64,000 bases of DNA. Source: Cyanobacteriota bacterium (GTDB taxonomy: Bacteria > Cyanobacteriota > Cyanobacteriia > PCC-6307 > Cyanobiaceae). The stretch covers positions 46,377 to 110,376 of the forward strand of contig JBJOMY010000006.1 of NCBI GenBank assembly GCA_046052125.1, written 5' to 3'. The notes under the pieces are model-generated. The model made no database searches, was not told the DNA's origin, and saw only the letters and a list, made by a program, of their open reading frames with translations. This document shows positions 62,291 to 64,000 of this stretch, piece after piece (the stretch's first letter is position 1; every line of letters starts with the position of its first letter). The translations under genes and the position numbers were made by a program.

Positions 62291-62945
62291 GGCTCACCCC
62301 CAGGCGCTGCAGGGCGAGGGCCGCGCGCAGGCTCACCACCGGTGCCTCCTCAGTGGGGTTGCAGCGCAGCGATTGCAAGGCCTCATGCAGGCGGCGCTGG
62401 GGGCAAACGTCGGCGGCGAGATCAGGATGCACCGCTGGCGCCAGCAGCTCCAGGCCAACCGCCACCGCATAACGCACCACCCATTCACCATCGCGGCAGC
62501 CATCCACCAGCGCCGTGAGGCAGCGCTCGGCCATGGCGCGTCGCGGTTCCGGCTCCAACCCCTCCAGCCGCAGTTGTCCAAGGCCCCGTGCCGCCGCACG
62601 GCGCACACTCGGGCCGATGTCTTTGCCGAGGGCATCTTCCAGCACCTCAAAGCCGCGCACATCGCCGATACCCGCCAGGGCACGCACCGCCCAGGCACGC
62701 GCGCCGTAGTTGTAGCCATCGATGTTGGTGAGGATCGTGTCCACCGCGGGCTCACCGATGGCGATCAACCCATCCACCGCCGCCACGGCAGCACCGGGGT
62801 TGTTGAAACCGAGCACCTCCACCAGGCAGGCGGCGCCATCGGGATGAGCAGCAGCGGCGAGGGCCTGGGTGGCCTGCAGCAAACCCAAGGCGGTGTCGGC
62901 CTGCCGCACCGCATCCACCAGATCCTGAACGGGGAGAGTGGTCAC
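62283..62945 (-). CDS. cpcF: Phycocyanobilin lyase subunit CpcF (HEAT repeats)
   Basis: LGFNNPGAAVAAVDGL, YNYGARAWAVRAL, SVRRAAARGLG, EWVVRYA; GTG at 62945. Confidence 0.9.
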   Translation of the reverse strand: MTTLPVQDLVDAVRQADTALGLLQATQALAAAAHPDGAACLVEVLGFNNPGAAVAAVDGLIAIGEPAVDTILTNIDGYNYGARAWAVRALAGIGDVRGFEVLEDALGKDIGPSVRRAAARGLGQLRLEGLEPEPRRAMAERCLTALVDGCRDGEWVVRYAVAVGLELLAPAVHPDLAADVCPQRRLHEALQSLRCNPTEEAPVVSLRAALALQRLGVSHG

Positions 62946-63847
62946 AGCAGGGCATCCATGGCGTCGAGCACCGCCACGGTGGCGGGATCTGGGGTGAGCG
63001 CTGAGGGCGTAGTGGTTTGAGGAGCAGCGCTGGAGGACTGCTCCACCAGCCCGCGCAGGGCAATCAACTTGAGGCTGTTCTCCGCCAGGGTGGCAGCGAT
63101 CGGTTCGAGGGCCTGCCGCCAACCGGCGGCGCCCAGATCCATCAAGGCGGCGCGCCGCACCTGGAGCTGTTGGTGTTGCAGGAGAGCCACAAGCTGGTCG
63201 CCCCAGCGGGCATCACCCGTGAGCTGAAGCAACGCCCGGCAGGCGGCACTGCGGATGAGGGGCCGTTCGTGCTGCACAAAGGGCTCGATCACAGCCACCA
63301 CCTCCTGGCGGCCGTCTCCGATTTCACCGAGAGCCTCCAACAGCGCCTCACACGGTTCCTGGAGGCGCGGCGTTCCGGGTTGTTGCGCGCCGGCCACGGC
63401 CGGTCCGCTGGCCAGACGCTGGCGCAGGGGCTCCACCGCTTCCGAAGCCCGCAACTCGCCGAGGGCACGGGCGGCTGCCTCCCTCAAGCCGTGGTCGTCG
63501 TCCTGGAGGGTGGCGAGCAGGTCGGGGATGGCGGCCTGGGCCGGCACGCCAAGCTTGCCGAGGGCACGGGCGGCATTGCGGGCTACGGCGTTTTCCTCCA
63601 CACCCGCACCGGGATCGCGGGGCCTGCGCAGACGCAAGGCCTCCTGGAGCAGCGGCACCGCATCGGGATGGCTGCTGCGATTGCGGCCGAGCCACCAGGC
63701 GGCGTAGTACTGAGCGGAGGGATCGTCGCTGAGACGCAGACGCCGCAGCGCCTCCTCTTCACTGATCGGATCTCCGTTGCCAGGGATCGGCTGATCGGCA
63801 ACGCCGGCGACCATTGCACCTTCAGAGATTGGGAACGATGCTGCCAT
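62942..63847 (-). CDS. cpcE: Phycocyanobilin lyase subunit CpcE
   Basis: YYAAWWLG, RNAARALGKL, LQVRRAALMDLGA, LAENSLKLIAL, MDALL; start 63847 or 63814. Confidence 0.9.
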   Translation of the reverse strand: MAASFPISEGAMVAGVADQPIPGNGDPISEEEALRRLRLSDDPSAQYYAAWWLGRNRSSHPDAVPLLQEALRLRRPRDPGAGVEENAVARNAARALGKLGVPAQAAIPDLLATLQDDDHGLREAAARALGELRASEAVEPLRQRLASGPAVAGAQQPGTPRLQEPCEALLEALGEIGDGRQEVVAVIEPFVQHERPLIRSAACRALLQLTGDARWGDQLVALLQHQQLQVRRAALMDLGAAGWRQALEPIAATLAENSLKLIALRGLVEQSSSAAPQTTTPSALTPDPATVAVLDAMDALL

Positions 63848-63878
63848 CGCCCCAGGCCAATCGGGGAGGCCACGCAAC

Positions 63879-63903
63879 AAAAAAGCCTCCCTTTCGGGAG
63901 GCT
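63879..63903 (-). terminator. Terminator after cpcA
   Basis: Minus strand agcctccc-gaaa-gggaggc-tttttt. Confidence 0.85.
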
Positions 63904-63938
63904 CGCTCGCAACCAGCGGTTGCTCTCAGCGTCTGAAA

Positions 63939-64000
63939 TCAGACCAGAGCGGCAATCGCGTAGTCGATGTAGTTGTTGGCAATCACGCCAGCGTCGCCGC
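63939..64000 (-). CDS. cpcA: 3' end of phycocyanin alpha subunit (truncated by window edge)
   Basis: Hand translation GDAGVIANNYIDYAIAALV*, the typical CpcA C-terminus, upstream of cpcE/F. Confidence 0.85.
   Translation of the reverse strand, partial: GDAGVIANNYIDYAIAALV

Overview
GC-rich picocyanobacterial (Synechococcus/Cyanobium-like) core-genome segment. It holds the large ribosomal-protein cluster on the minus strand (rplC...rplO-secY-adk-rpmJ-rpsM-rpsK-rpoA-rplQ-truA-rplM-rpsI-rpmE-prfA) and four tRNAs (Ser-GCT, Gln-TTG, Arg-CCG, Cys-GCA). It also holds ndhN-ldpA-ycf45, recA with a LexA-like box, crtD, a JAB protease-MoeB pair near cobO and larE, speD, recF, ppc, gshA, trpE, psaD, an atypical histidine kinase, rodA, mrp, hemF, ccb1, a pex-like PadR gene, rnd, purM, rlpA, panC-cmk, cpcF/cpcE and the 3' end of cpcA. 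I see no integrase, transposase, prophage, CRISPR array or defence island, and no clearly novel multi-gene system. The best leads are: recF apparently forced to start at a non-canonical ATT codon; long structured 5' leaders (rplC, rplM, rlpA and a conserved hypothetical gene); a terminator-like hairpin just before secY; a JAB/E1-rhodanese/LarE sulfur-relay neighbourhood; a small Cys4 protein; and degenerate helicase and kinase genes. All calls come from reading the sequence by eye; no searches or folding programs were run.
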